Shown piece by piece: positions 47,201-60,627 of a DNA stretch of 64,000 bases (position 1 is the stretch's first letter; every line of letters starts with the position of its first letter). The DNA is taken from contig AP026157.1 of NCBI GenBank assembly GCA_030295235.1, positions 124,001 to 188,000 on the forward strand, in the 5' to 3' direction. The position numbers were made by a program, and so were the translations under genes. The notes beneath the pieces were generated by a model. That model had not been told where the DNA came from. It ran no database searches and saw nothing but the letters and a program-made list of their open reading frames with translations. This DNA is from Fistulifera solaris. Lineage: Eukaryota.

Positions 47201-50200
47201 TGGCCGGTTTGCTTTCGGGTGGTGACATTGTAAGTAACTTTCGCGTTGGCACCGCTCTTCGCAGCTGACTCCTCACTCTACCTACAGCAAATTGTCGACT
47301 TTTCACCCGATCCCGTAACTTTCGCTTTCAATTATGAGCTATTTTTCGTTCTTTATACACCTCCAACAGTGAAGCTGACAATTACATTCGAATTTTCTGC
47401 TGTTTTGAGAGTCGGGTTTGTTTTGGACAGCAAGGGCATCAGAGAAGCCGTCGAGCAAGAGAAGCCTATTAAGGCACTGAACAGCTTTGCGCTCAAGGAC
47501 ACCTTTGATGGCGTTGATGAAGCGATGATTACACTGACAGCATCCGTAACAGTTTCCGTGGACGTCAGCGCTGTGATTGTGAAGGTATGAATGGTTTTCA
47601 GCGAGTGTATTGGTTGATTGTTTTTGACTGCGTCAAGCACTGACAATTACTGCTAAATTGTACAGGTGGGCGTCTCTGGAAAGATTACCTTCATTGTGTT
47701 TGCCGATTTGTATGATCCTTTCCCGGATACAAGCGGTGGCCTGGTGCGTCCGTACGAACTTCTAACGTCAGGTTCGAACCCGCTGGAGTGGTTCGAGTTC
47801 GGAATCCAGATCTTTATTACGATTTCGCTCTACATCAAAGTCGGTCTTTTCATCGGTTTGATTGAGATCACTTTATATCAGTATGAAATCAGCTATAAAT
47901 TCGATTTGATTCCGCCGCTCATTTTTCGGCCAGCGATTGATGGTATGCCCATTGAAGCGACAGAAGATGGTTCACTTCTGCTGTCTGCGGGTGCTGACGA
48001 TCTCGAATGCACCGGTCTCGAGGGAACGATTGGAAACGAGCGCATTGAATGCATTGAAGGACTCGGTATTCAAGACTTTACTGGGGTAACGAAGATTACC
48101 GATTCGAACGCCATTGCAAGCATCGCATCGTCGTCATCTGAAGTACTTTTTCGAAGTATGCGATCGGAAGTTTTTACGCCCGATACGGCTTATAAGGCTA
48201 TCACTTTTGATTATAAAACAGGGACCGAAATTTTATCAAACGACCGAATTTGGATCTTTTCAAACGAGGTCTTTATTGGAAGCTTTCACATGGATTTCAA
48301 AACGATCGAAAAGGCTGTCATTCAACTACCTACTCCGGAGCAATCCTTTCTCACGACCACCATTAATGATTGCAACACGGCTTGGGAATTCGACGGTCAT
48401 ACCAACATCATGATCAACGCCACTGCGTTCCAAAGTGGATGCACTATCGTAGCCAACGGCGGAATGCACACAGATGCAAAACTAACAATCGATTTTGGGT
48501 TTGAAGACGACTTAGATTGTGGCCCTGGGAACATTGTAAAGCTAAGTACGTCAGGGGGGCAAGTTGGTGGTTGACATCACCAGGGCGGCTGACGCTATCA
48601 CGAAGCAGTTTACTTTCGGTTCTCCATTTATCTACGTTGATATCAAAATGTCAAAGTGTGATGACACTGTCATCATTGAGAGTTCCACGACTAATCCAAA
48701 AGGATACATTTCCATTCAGACGGGGCTTGGTAACGACGAAATTATTATTGGCACCGAGTCGGCTGGACTTGCTGGTGTTTCCGTTCGCGTGATTGTCGAT
48801 GGTGGCGATGGTGATGGCGATAATGACACATTGACAATCAATGACAAAGGTGAAACTCTGGGAAGAACGAGCGGTGAGCTCACAAGTGCCTCTGTGCTGG
48901 GGTTGTTGTTTGGTTTAGATGGGAAAATGACCGATATTGAGTTCGAGGCGATTGAAAGAGTGAATCTATATCTGAGCAAAGGGCTGAATAAGTTCCTTGT
49001 CACGTCTACTCCACGCTACTCCAATACTTCTCTTTACTTCCAAGATCAGACCGATGTTTTGAATGTGACCACTACTCAGGGCAATCTGTCTGTATTTGGC
49101 AGGGGAGGCAGCGATCAGTTTTACATTTACGGTGCAGGGGACAACTCCACGGTCATCGTGTTCGGGGATGAGGGAAATGATACTTTGCTTGTTGACGGCA
49201 CGGGTGCAAACAAATCTGCTTTGGTCAACAAGCTAAATACTTCAACCGTGTATTGGAGTGGAGGTCCGAACGACGACGAAATAAAAGTTGTCTTTACTTC
49301 GACTGGATCAACTAATATTCATCTGATTGACGATATGGGTGTAGGAGTCAACAATTTGGCAATCGAGTGTTCTGACTTCTTTCCTTGTTCTGTACTGAGT
49401 CGTCGAAACTTTATCGCCAATATTCACAATGTGTCTGATATCAACTCGACTGTGGAACGAATTAGTGTGGAAATTGATCGCGTCATTTTAAACAGGGTCC
49501 AAGTCAACTTGAATAATGGGGAAAACGAAATGTATTTTGATGATACGCTGGGGGAGATGAATGTCTTCGGTGGCGATGATGCAGATTGTAAGTAGCTTCA
49601 TGTCGTGCATTTTAAAAAGGACTGCTTCTAACCGTGAAATAAATACCAGCCTTTTACATCGGACAGCTATACAATTCAGAACGAAACGAGACTGCAAAAG
49701 TGAAAATCAGCGACCCAATCCGTACGACCGCTACAACCAAGGGCTACTTGTCGGATGGTAACTCCTTCCCGCTTTCAATTAACGGCGGATTCGGCAATGA
49801 CTTTTTCGATGTATTGCGAAACCGTCAGCTGCTGGATTTGAATGGCGACTCCGACGATGATCTTTTGTTGTACGGTCATTTTTAGCTCTAGACTTAGATT
49901 CCGATGGCAACCCTATTGAGAATACGACACTTGGGAATGCTTCCATAGCGGGAGGGGGTGGTTCAGATACCTTCGATCTTTCCGGTGTGAACGACAACTC
50001 AACCGAACTTTCGCAGTTGCCTGACTACGTGGTCAACTCTTTAGTGGACATTGACGGCGGGACCGGCAACGATAAACTTATTGTTGTGGGAACCGAAGCA
50101 GACGATAGATATGTCATTACCGCTGGTTCAGTCTTTGGTGGCGGGTTGACTGTGTCGTATACCAATATTGAAGCACTTGCTCTTACGGGCGGACCTGGCA

Positions 50201-53200
50201 ACGACACGCTCACTGTTCTTTCCACCAGTCCAAATCTTGCGGTGTAAGTCTTGTGTATGTCTGGTCTCCTTTAAATAACTGATTTACAGGGAGTAAATAC
50301 ACTCATCTTGCTTTTCTTCAGGTATTTATACGGCGCCGAAGGCTCTGACACTTTGTGATAACGCCACGTAACGTAGGTTCAGTCGTTTCGAAGAACCTTC
50401 GTGGTCATCGGGGTATACTCGAGCACTCAGTGTCCAGTGCTGATCCTCGCTACAACGGTTTGGCTGTTGAAGGCGTTGCTGTCGATGTTCTTGATAATGA
50501 CGGCAATTCAAGCGCTTATTTCAATGTGATAGAAACCGAAGCAGTTCATGTAATGGACGAAGATGGACTTGGCACTTTTTCTTTTTGGTTGTACCCCACA
50601 GTCGATCCAGACCCTCGGGTAACGGTCCAAGTCGCAGCGCAAACGGACGTGCGCGGAAATGCGAGGTTACTTTTGAACGGACAGAATCGAACAGCTGTGG
50701 AGCTTGTATTTGAAACGGCAGCACCACAAATGATAACTGCATCCTTCAACCAAGCTGGAGTCCGTCTCAATATCACCGACTACAACCTGTTGATCACTCT
50801 CAGTGTAGTTGACTTGAAATCCCCTGATAGAAGGTTTAACACCACAGATCAAACTATCCGCCCAGTTTCCGTCAAGCTTCTCCCAGGGCAAAAGAGCGCG
50901 CATGCGAAGTCCGTTACGGTAGTCGAGCCGAGTGGCTACACGTACGTCGGAGAAGGCGACAAAGGATGGTCCAGTTCGTACGATGTATACCTACGGCCGT
51001 GCACTAGTGCTATGATTGACGATACTATAGTTGAAATCGCTCCGACAGAGTTCGGTAGGGTGGAAGTGAGCCCTCCAGTCATCGATTCCGCTGCCTGGGG
51101 AAATGAATTAGGCGGCTGTAAAGTGACCGTTCAAGTCACTCCTGTTAAAGATGACAATGAAGAAGGAATTCACTTTGTGACTTTGGCCCATAAAGTCTTT
51201 GATTCTAATTCAGAAAGCATTCGTCTCTCTGATGGCAGCACGTTGTATGCCGACAGCGTGTTGGTTCGTATCTACGACGATTTAGTTCCCAATGTCATTG
51301 TCCAGGAGAGTATGGGTGTCACAAGCACTGCAGAGCTGGACCAGGAAGTGATCGACCTTTACCAAATGAGTCGTTTTATGTAGACTCGTACACGATCCGT
51401 CTTGCTAGCGAACCCACCGATAATGTTGTCATTACCATCAAGTCAGTTGCCAAGGCGAGCGACTACCGCAAATTGAAGAATACTGATGAGAGAGTACAAG
51501 TTCTGCTTGGTGACGCTGGTAAGGAGACTGAAGTCATTGAACTGAACTTCACCAACACAACTTGGTTCATAGAGCAAACGGTCCGTGTCATAGCCAAAAA
51601 CGACAACGTGGAAGAAGGCGTCGACCTGCTTCACTTTCCAGACCAGCCATCTTTCCTGGCTTATATTCAAGGCCCTATCTTTATCGAGGGGGATATATCT
51701 ACCGATGTTCCACCCATCCGCGATGCTGTACTTTTTCCAGGAGAGATCGACACGGCAATCTACGCACTAAAAAGAATTGCGCCGTCAGAGCTGGTTTATC
51801 CTGAATCGCAAGTAGATACGCTCAAGATTTTCAACATTGACGTACAAGGATCCAGTCCATCTGTAGGTTTCTTGAGCAGTTCGCAGTTCTCTGGATACAA
51901 CATGGCGAAAGATCTCATTATCAGCGGCGAGAAACAGCAGGACGGAATCACATACAGAGGGATGGAGGTTATCGAGTTTTACCTTGGGAACGGGGTAGAT
52001 ATTTTGACCGTGGAAAGTTCATCTGCGGCTGTCCACTATGTCGACATGAGCGATGGGGACGATACGGTTGCAGTGAAAAATATATCTGGTCACTTTGTCG
52101 TTCACGGCGGTGACGGGTCTGACACTGTCACAATCGCCTCGGACAATTTGACAGTGGATGCAATCAAGGGTCTTCTTGCTTTTGATGGAGGCAACGGCGA
52201 CGCGGACATCGATCATCTCATTATCGATAATTCTGGTGACACCATCAACGATGATTTATTGATCGTCACCCGATCCACGGTGGAGACGAAAACCATGTCC
52301 AACACAGACAACGACGAATCTAACATTCCACGTGATGTGTTCATCTTTAACCTTCGAGATGCAACTGGCGGATCATTTAACCTCACTGTACACGATCCTG
52401 TAAAGACGAAGACGAAAGAAATCGAGATTCCGTACCCGACCAGTAGCAAAATTATCGAAGAACGACTCCAAGATCTCATCTTTCCGGTCGCGGAAATGTG
52501 TGGCAAGAACGAAACATCGTTCTGTGCGGAAACGGTCAAGGTGTATGCGGTTGGAGATGAAGCGTTCGCTGTCTTCTTTTTGGGCGAGCGTTTGAACAAA
52601 AAAGTGACGCTAACCCTAGAAACGTCCGGCCTGACCAATTTTACGCCCGAGATGTTCATGAACCAAACTAATGACATCCTTCGCCAAAACGCCGATCTGG
52701 CGTACGTTGATGTCGAGTTGCTCGATATAACAATGGGAAGTCCAAATAGTTCAGACTCTAAGGTTGTCGTGAATGTGAGAGGTACGACTGCCAATACTTC
52801 AATTACAACCCAAGGTGGCGACGACGATGTGTTCATCTCATCCGAGGCGAATGAAAACGTGACGACTTCGAGCTCCGTCGACTTCTTGCATGGCTGGCTT
52901 GATTACATTGAACGTCATCTGACAATCAATGTCGGCAAAGGTCGCCATCGACTAATGATATCCGACGAAAGCAGCAAAGTCGGAAAAGGTCCTGCGATAT
53001 TCTCCAACAATTCGTTTACGGCCATCCATAAGGATGTTGCTGATATCTTTTTGCTGCAAATGGTGGAAATTGGATTAGCGGCGTCAATTTGTGGCTAAGT
53101 CCAGAAAACGATGAGGTTAGCGTTGTGTCCATTGCATCCGATCCAACATCTCCGACTCTGCAGACAACTACATCAGTTCACTGTGGTGAAGGCAACGACA

Positions 53201-56200
53201 CTCTCACGATTGCGATCGACGAAGCATATACTGTGTTTGTAGCGAATGGCCAAGGAGGCGATGACATTTTGGACGCCTCTTCGTCTTCCGTTCCTGTTAT
53301 CCTGTTTGGCGATGGGGGCAGGGATTTTCTGATTGGCGGCACGAACAATGACTTGATATTCGGAGACTTCGGTCGAGTATTGTGGCGATCGCCATCCAGT
53401 AATATATTCAAGGCCAATAACATTGCGGCTCAAGCAGGTGGAGGCGGTTACGGCGATTTCACAGATGGCGTTCTTCGATTTGTGACGGATGCTTTCTCTC
53501 TAGCGTTCGACGAAGGAGACAGTGATGTCATAGTTCTGGGTGAAGGCGATGATTGTGCTATTGGAGGATTCTCCGATGACAACATTTCGGGGGACCTTGG
53601 TAACGACATTTTGGTAAGTCTTTCTTGCTTTGCTACGGCAAAATGGCTCGCTTTCGCTCACACATTTTGTTCGTCAGTTCGGTGATTCCGCGCAAGTCCT
53701 TTTCGACATGGACACTGGCAACCTGACGTCTTTGTCCACATTGGGCTGTGAGCACGGTGGAAACGACGAGTTGTCGGGAGGAGAAGGAACGGTGAATTAC
53801 TTAATAGGCGGCACTTTCAACGATTCGATTTGGGGCAGTAGTGCAATGGACCTTGTGTTTGGAGACCACGCAAGCATCAGTCTTTACGCGGATTTATCGC
53901 ATAAACTTCGAATCGCCAAAACGGTGGAAGCTGCTTGTGCCGGTGGCTCGGATATGATTTATTTGGGAGCAGGTGACGACATTGTAAGTATGAACGCCAT
54001 AGATTCTATTCTCGTTTGTACAATGTTCTTTCTAATCAATACTTTCGCTCGATAGGCTTTTGGAGGTGCGTTCGGCGACTACATTGAAGGCAACGAAGGA
54101 CAGGACGTGATTTTGGGAGACTTTGGAGTTTTCGACGCGGAAACCGAGTTCGTGAATCACCAGAACTATCAGAGCTTCATTGAGTTTCCTGAGTCAGCAG
54201 GCAATGATGAAATTTACGGAGGCGACGGCGATGATTTCATTTTGGGGCAAGAGGTACGTCTGATGAGCGTGCAAAGTCATAAATTTTCCATTTTCCAATC
54301 TAAAGCTTCGTTCACTGTCGCATGGAACCCATTCTATTCGCTAGGGATCCGATAAGTTGTACGGCGAAGCAGGCAATGACGACCTGTATGGCGGCCACAA
54401 CATTGATTTTGGCGCTGATACGGGAGACGAGTTGAGCGGTGGCCGTGATGAAGATTCAATTCTTGGCGATAATGGGCAAATTGTGCGGCGGCTTGTAAGG
54501 TCAACTTCTACCTTCCCTTGGATAAACGGAATGATATGGCTGAAGTACACCGAGCCCTTCAATACCGAAGTAGTTCGCGAGATCCGACGTTACGATGATA
54601 TTGACGAAATTGGGGTACGTAGAAACTTGTGAATCGCTGTAAAGGAGAGCCAAGCTACACTGCCAGGAGCTTACCGCGTTCTTCAAATTTGCAGGGCAAC
54701 GATTTGATCGAAGGAGGCGATGGAGATGACGTGCTTCACGGCCAAAGAGGTGACGATGGTAGGTGAAAGACTGCTAAGCAGCGCCCATGAATCTCAGTTC
54801 GCACATCTCATACTTTTCGCTCTTTTTTTCCACGTTTCCAGTTATCAATGGTGGCAATGGACAAGATGGTAAGTAGAGCTCAAAAATATTTTAAGCCGGA
54901 GCAAATTGTTGCGAGTCCGAAGTCTTACCCTCATTGCTCGACTTATCATAGAAATTTACGGTGAGCTCGGCGCAGACACGCTATCGGGCGGAGATGGATC
55001 TGACGTTATTTTGGGCGACGTTGGATACATTGTTCGCCGTTACGAAAAGGACGGCTCCGCTCGTCTTAACACGGACGGAACATGGCACAAAGATATTGTG
55101 CTAGAGGAGGTTGGATACATTTCAGGCGTTGGTCGCATCTCGAAGAAACTAGATGTGAAGACATCCGCATTAAATTTCACGAGCGTCATGTCTGCATCAC
55201 TTCTGTTCGCCGCACCTGCGTACACAGCAAGCGGGGGTAAATATGGTACCGGTGGGGATGACTGGTTAACCGATCTGATTCAGTTTGAACTTGTCGACAG
55301 CTTCGACGATGTAATAGATGGCGGAGATGGCAGCGACGTCCTCATTGGGCAAAGAGGTAGTGATCAGATAAACGGAGGATCAGGAAATGATCTGATTATT
55401 GGGGACGCTGGGTGGAATGTGGTCCCTGTGCACATGAACTTGCCCCAAATATACCAAGTGTATCGAGCTTTGCGCGACAAGTCAGACAGCAACTATCTTG
55501 TCGAAGGTGTCTCTGATAAGGAATACGGAATTTTGTTTACAGCGGAATACGAGTTGTATCCGGACCAGTACGGCCAGGTTGATGTTCTCGGGTCTATTGT
55601 TGACATGGTTCTGAACGCGGATCACGTGTTGAGTGGCCATAATCTTCTCCGCAATGTTCTTAAAGTTGCTGGTATCAGTACAAAGGATGGTAAATATTGT
55701 GTGCATCCTATGTTCCGCATTACACCTGGTTTTTTGCGGGAAAATCAAAGAATGCACGGAAACGATAAGATCACTCCAGGGTTTGGTGATAACTTGGTAG
55801 TTGGCGATGACATTAGAGCTTTTTCGGGAATCGACGTCTCGGATGTTTCGGAAATTGTGAGTTTCCAGCGCCGCATTGATAACTTGGTAAGGGCACTTGG
55901 ACTTCGTCTTAGTACAATGGAGGTAGATCAGGAATCCTTTTCGGGAGGCGTGATCGGGCCATACGATATCAGTGTAGGCAACGATGAGATCAAGACATCT
56001 TCTGGTGGATTTTCTCTCGTAACCGGAGACACAATGACTTTGGTAGCGCGAACCATCGGATCGGGATCATTTGTTAGCGGCCGGCGTCTCCGTTTGGACG
56101 CGGACAAGCTCAAGTCAATGATGCAGCGGCTAGCCGACGTCGAGCGCATTCTGTGGGATGTGAATATTTGTTTGTATGAGCTGCACACAAACTTATTGAC

Positions 56201-57190
56201 AAATATGACCGCAAAGTATTCCAACCAGATCGGTCAAAAATCGACACATGCACTATCGCTCGCGAATGACTTCATCACATCAGATGGAAATGGGGATATC
56301 TTGATTGGTGACTCGAGTCTCCTCTACTTCCACGTGGACAAATCACCAAGGTCTTATAAACTTCGATACATTACAGAGTCACAACGGAGATTTGTGACGC
56401 GGAAACTGCGGGATCTTCCGGGCAAACTGAAAAGTTCTTTGATTTCTCATATAAGCAGATTATCTCGGTCCGTCCCATTCGACAAGCCAGTCCCGTTCGA
56501 TGATATCCCTTTGCATTGACGGTTGGGTCGGACAAGTTTCAACAAAATATGGCGGTCAATCTGGCGGCTGGTGACTTTGCTTTTTTCGGGTCCGTCGTCA
56601 CGTACCAACAACCTAATGCTGGATCGCTCTCCCAATACACGCAATCCGTCAAAAATGTTCGTGCAAAACTCGCTTCGGATGATCCAGTGGCTTCTCTTCA
56701 GTTTGGCATGCGATTCTATGACAAAAGATATTCTCAGTTACCCACTGTGTCAAGACCAAAACTTCACGGCGACTCTTTCACGGGTCTCGATAATAGCAAC
56801 GCCATGCTGGGTGAGTTCTTGACCGGGGAAATGTACAACACAATTGACAGTGCTGATGTCACTCGGGTTGCTGTCGATGCGAATGCCTTTTCTTCGTCTG
56901 CGGCACAGGACTTTGCTGGTGACTACTTCAAAGTTAAAGCTGGAACGGCTGCCAATGGCCAGTTTGGACCCGACGTTTCCGTGGACGGAATGGAGATCAA
57001 CGCTCCAGTATCCTCTGCAATCAAAACAAGCATGGAAGGACTGTTCTTGGGGCATCGCCTAATTCAGGATATACAAGAGATTTTGTATAAAAGAAGCGAC
57101 CAGCTGCGAGCTCATGCAGTTGGTTCCGTTTCGGCTGGACCTCATTGTTCCGACGCCGAATCATCGTCCACAATTGCTCCAGCCGCCTAA
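41281..57190 (+). CDS. Giant (~4,960 aa) secreted RTX/hemolysin-type Ca2+-binding repeat protein, adhesin-like; 13 introns and 7 apparent frameshifts
   Basis: Signal peptide MAGFTAGALWLLFAASSLLATLG. Many GGxGxD nonapeptides (GGFGNDFF, GGTGNDKL, GGDGSDTV, GDGGRDFLIGGTNNDLIFGD, GGDGDDFILG, GGSGNDLIIGD). Calx-beta/Ig-like segments (VTPVKDDNEEG, FTNTTWFIEQTVRVIAKNDNVEEG). GT-AG introns: 43568-43670, 44368-44458, 46678-46755, 47230-47287, 47585-47665, 49588-49649, 50244-50321, 53614-53677, 53984-54055, 54254-54344, 54615-54694, 54759-54841, 54869-54951; all splice in frame. Confidence 0.82.
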
Positions 57191-57495
57191 GTATTACTTA
57201 TTTTCATCGTTATCGCACGTTAAAGCGATTAAATGGCAAATTGTATTTACTATTTTTTCTGTAGTCAGTTTTAAGTCAAGAAGAATTTTGCAGAGGCTGG
57301 ACGTGTAATTGGTGTAGGGGTTCCGGCAATACAAGGTAGCCCATGCCTGAAATCAAGTCGTTTTAACAAATAAAGAATGACTATATCCATCTTATGTAAA
57401 ATAATATTGAACATTAGATTTAGATCCGTGCGGTTTTATCCTTTCACTTGACTACTTTCTATTGGAATTGTGCTTGCAGATCCTCTTTCGTTTCA

Positions 57496-58657
57496 TTAAT
57501 CACACGGTAAAATCTCACAAATATTGAAAGGGCAAGTACGACAAAAGAAGGATGAAGAGGTGGGTGCCGAAGTCGATACGATCGTCTCCCTCGACTGTAG
57601 GAGGCATTGTTGCTGCAATCGTCGGATGTGCAGTTGGCGGAGACGTCAGTTTGGCAGTCGGTCCTGGCGTTGGTTCTTCTGTTGGCGCTGGAGTCGGTTT
57701 TTCCGTTTCCTCGACTTCTTCTAACGTCGGAGGGAAAGTGGGAGAGATAGTTGGAACAAGGGTGGAGCGTGACTCTGTATCCACAGATGGTGTGACGGAT
57801 ACAGCGATCGCGGGAGCCCTCGAGAGACGTATGGGCGTTGGAGAAATCGTCGGAGCAAAATTTTTGAGACACAAGCCACACGTGACAGGACACCAGCGGT
57901 GACCTTCTTCTACCGACAAACACATTCGAGCTCGCTGATCCAGATTGCTTCGCAAGAACATGCAATCCTGTTCACCGTACTGATCGTTGATTTTGAACTT
58001 TTTGTAAGGATGATCGACACAATCTCCGTCACTCCAATTGAAGGAGCCCGTTGGAGGTGCCGTCGGAGACTGTTCGGGAGCGTCAGTGTTGAGCTGCTCC
58101 GTATCTGGAACTGTAGGATCAATATCAATATCGGTATCCGCATCGGCATCGACTTGAATCTGAGACGGCGATTCATTCCTTTGTTGCACCAGGAAGCTGC
58201 CAAGCGCTACCGCTATCGAACCCAAGAAGATAGTACACAACACAACCATGATAATTTTCAGTCTTCGTGGCGTCGGAATCGGGTCGTTATTCAAATCCTT
58301 CATCTCTGCGTCGCTGGGAAAGAGGGTATTTGGGCGAAACGTCGAAGCATCATCATGATTTCCATCACTTTCTTCATCATCGACACCATACACTTCGTCG
58401 TAGGTTTCAGGCGTACTGGTAGTCTTATCTTTCACGTCATCAACGGAAATAGTCTCGTCTGCTACGGATATAGCATCGTTGTACGTGTTGAGCGGCAACA
58501 CCCCAAATTCCCTCATCACACGCCCCTGTTCGGCTTGTACGGCCCTTCGAAAAGCTTCATCGTCATCTTCTGGATCCAAAGTGTTGTGAATTACGGAAGA
58601 GTCTCCTGACTCGGTGTAAATGCCCGAGAGGACTGATTCATCATCGTTAGGATACAT
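57496..58657 (-). CDS. Type II membrane protein with ShKT-like module, P/T stalk and C-terminal 4-Cys motif (paralog; frameshift near 57585)
   Basis: SGIYTESG, DDDEAFRRAVQAEQ, TPRRLKI+TM, CVDHPYKKF...WCPVTCGLC; a shifted frame ends PTSAPTSSSFFCRTCPFNICEILPCD*. Confidence 0.8.
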
Positions 58658-59317
58658 TTCTTACAATATTTGTTGCAAGACGAAGAATATCCTCGGAAGG
58701 ACGAGCCGATCTTATTATCTCATTCCTTTTGTGAAAGATGAAAGCAGGTGAACTTCGAATTTTGCACAAAGCAATTGGACGAATTCGTGGCACGTCACGC
58801 CACTTTCTAGGTAAAATCCCTGAACAGGCTAAATGTTTCCGTTGTCAACTGCGATTTAGTACTAAGCGGTATCGAACGATGCCAGCACGCATGAAATGAG
58901 CACGTGACAATAAGTAGATGTATGACTCCAAGACGTACTAAACGAACGATAGATGAAAAGAAACAGGAACCATTACTCCGTTCACTCCGCCTATTTTGGG
59001 TGCGCGCTGCGAGCTGCGAGCACGAGACCCGAGTTATTCGTCACGATGGGTCACGAACCATCTATGGCTTGTGCACTGCCTTGTCTTCCTGAGTTAATTA
59101 TTTGATCCGACCACGAAAGAAGAGATGGGTGTAAATATATTATTTATTTTATGTGACCGCAATAAACAGCCCTTTGTCTTATGTTCTAATCGCCCACAAA
59201 TAAAGCAGTTCATAATATTGTCCGAGATGCTGCTGCTCCATGTTTGAATCCCCCGTAGCTTGAATGCCGAATCATCCCCCCTTCCCAACTGTTATCCCCA
59301 ATGTGCTTCATCCTTTC

Positions 59318-60627
59318 TTAACAGGGAATTAGTTCACAAATTAGCAGAGGACACGTTCGGCAAAGAAAGGATGCCGGACGCGACGGCGCGGGCGTCGGTT
59401 CCGGTGTGTAAAACACCCACTCGGTCGGTTGCGGTGTCACCACGACAAACGAAATGGTCGGAAACGGCGTAGGATCTTCCGTACGTGGTGGTCGCGTAGG
59501 ATCGGGCGTTTGTGGTTCCGGCGTCGGTTCGGGCGTGTCTTCGACCGTCGGTTCGGGCGTGTCTTCGACCGTCGGTTCGGGCGTGCGTCGTTGCACCGGA
59601 CTCCGTGTGGGTCGTTGCGTTGGTTTAAGTGTCGGCTTTCGTGTTGGTTTCAGGGTCGATCGAGGTACCGGTGGCTTTGTTGGAGCAGTCACCGGAGCAG
59701 AGGTCGGAGTACGTGTCGGTGTGTGTGTGGGGCGCTGTGTGCTCGTTATAATTTCCGCAGTAGTTGCTGCTATCGAAGGAGCCAATGACGGCACCCACAC
59801 GGGTACGGAAGATGGACGCACCGAAGGCTCGAGCGACTCCTCCTCGTCGATAGGACACAAACCGCACGTCGCTGGACACCATCGATAACCGGCATTCTCG
59901 GGCAAACACAAGCGCTCACGATGTACTGGATGATTTTGCAAAAAGAAACAATTTTGTTCTCTGAAGCGGTCATTGATTGGAAATTGCTGCGATGGATGAT
60001 CCTGACAGTTTTCGGGTGTCCACTGGTACGATTCTGTAGGCGATGGTGTCGGAGAAAGGGTAGCAAAGGCATCCAGATCCTGGACATTGTTGGGCACGAG
60101 TGACGGGTCATCGTCGCGCTGTTGTGCCAAAAACTTCCCATCGCCACGGCAATGGAAGCCACCACAATCGTACACAAAAGTGCCATGACTATTTTCAGTC
60201 GTCGCGGTGTCAGAATCGGATCGGTCGGAGCATCTTGTTTCGAAGGAGACGAAGGAGGAAACAGCGTGTTGGGTGGAAGAATCGTAGACCCATCATCGTC
60301 GATAACAAAACTACTCTCTTCGTAAGTCTCCGGCGTCCGATTCTTTTGCATTTGAATCGATTCGCCTGGGTGCTGTATGTAGGATTCGTTATCGTAAATC
60401 GTACTCACATCGGCGAAACTTTCGTCGGCCAACGAAACAGCATCTTGTGGAGGTGTGACACCAAATTCGCGCAAGACACGAATTTGCTCGGCTTGCACGG
60501 CACGACGAAACTCTTCGTCATCGTCTTCAGCGGCAGGAGGAGGCGGATAGTCACCCGACTCCGTATAAATGCCCGATAAAATCGATTCGTCATCGAGTTC
60601 TTGATAACGACGTAAACCTAAATCCAT
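59318..60627 (-). CDS. Type II membrane protein with ShKT-like module, P/T stalk and C-terminal 4-Cys motif (paralog; frameshift near 60135)
   Basis: SGIYTESG, DDDEEFRRAVQAEQ, LTPRRLKI+TM, CQDHPSQQF...WCPATCGLC; ends SFLCRTCPLLICELIPC*. Confidence 0.8.

Noticed and set aside
42630..56520. Programmed ribosomal frameshifting in the giant gene
   Set aside because: No consistent slippery heptamer or stimulatory structure, and similar slips occur in unrelated genes across the window.
41281..57190. Bacterial contaminant or chimeric contig
   Set aside because: Thirteen in-frame spliceosomal introns, an N-terminal signal peptide, and flanking eukaryotic paralogs on both sides.
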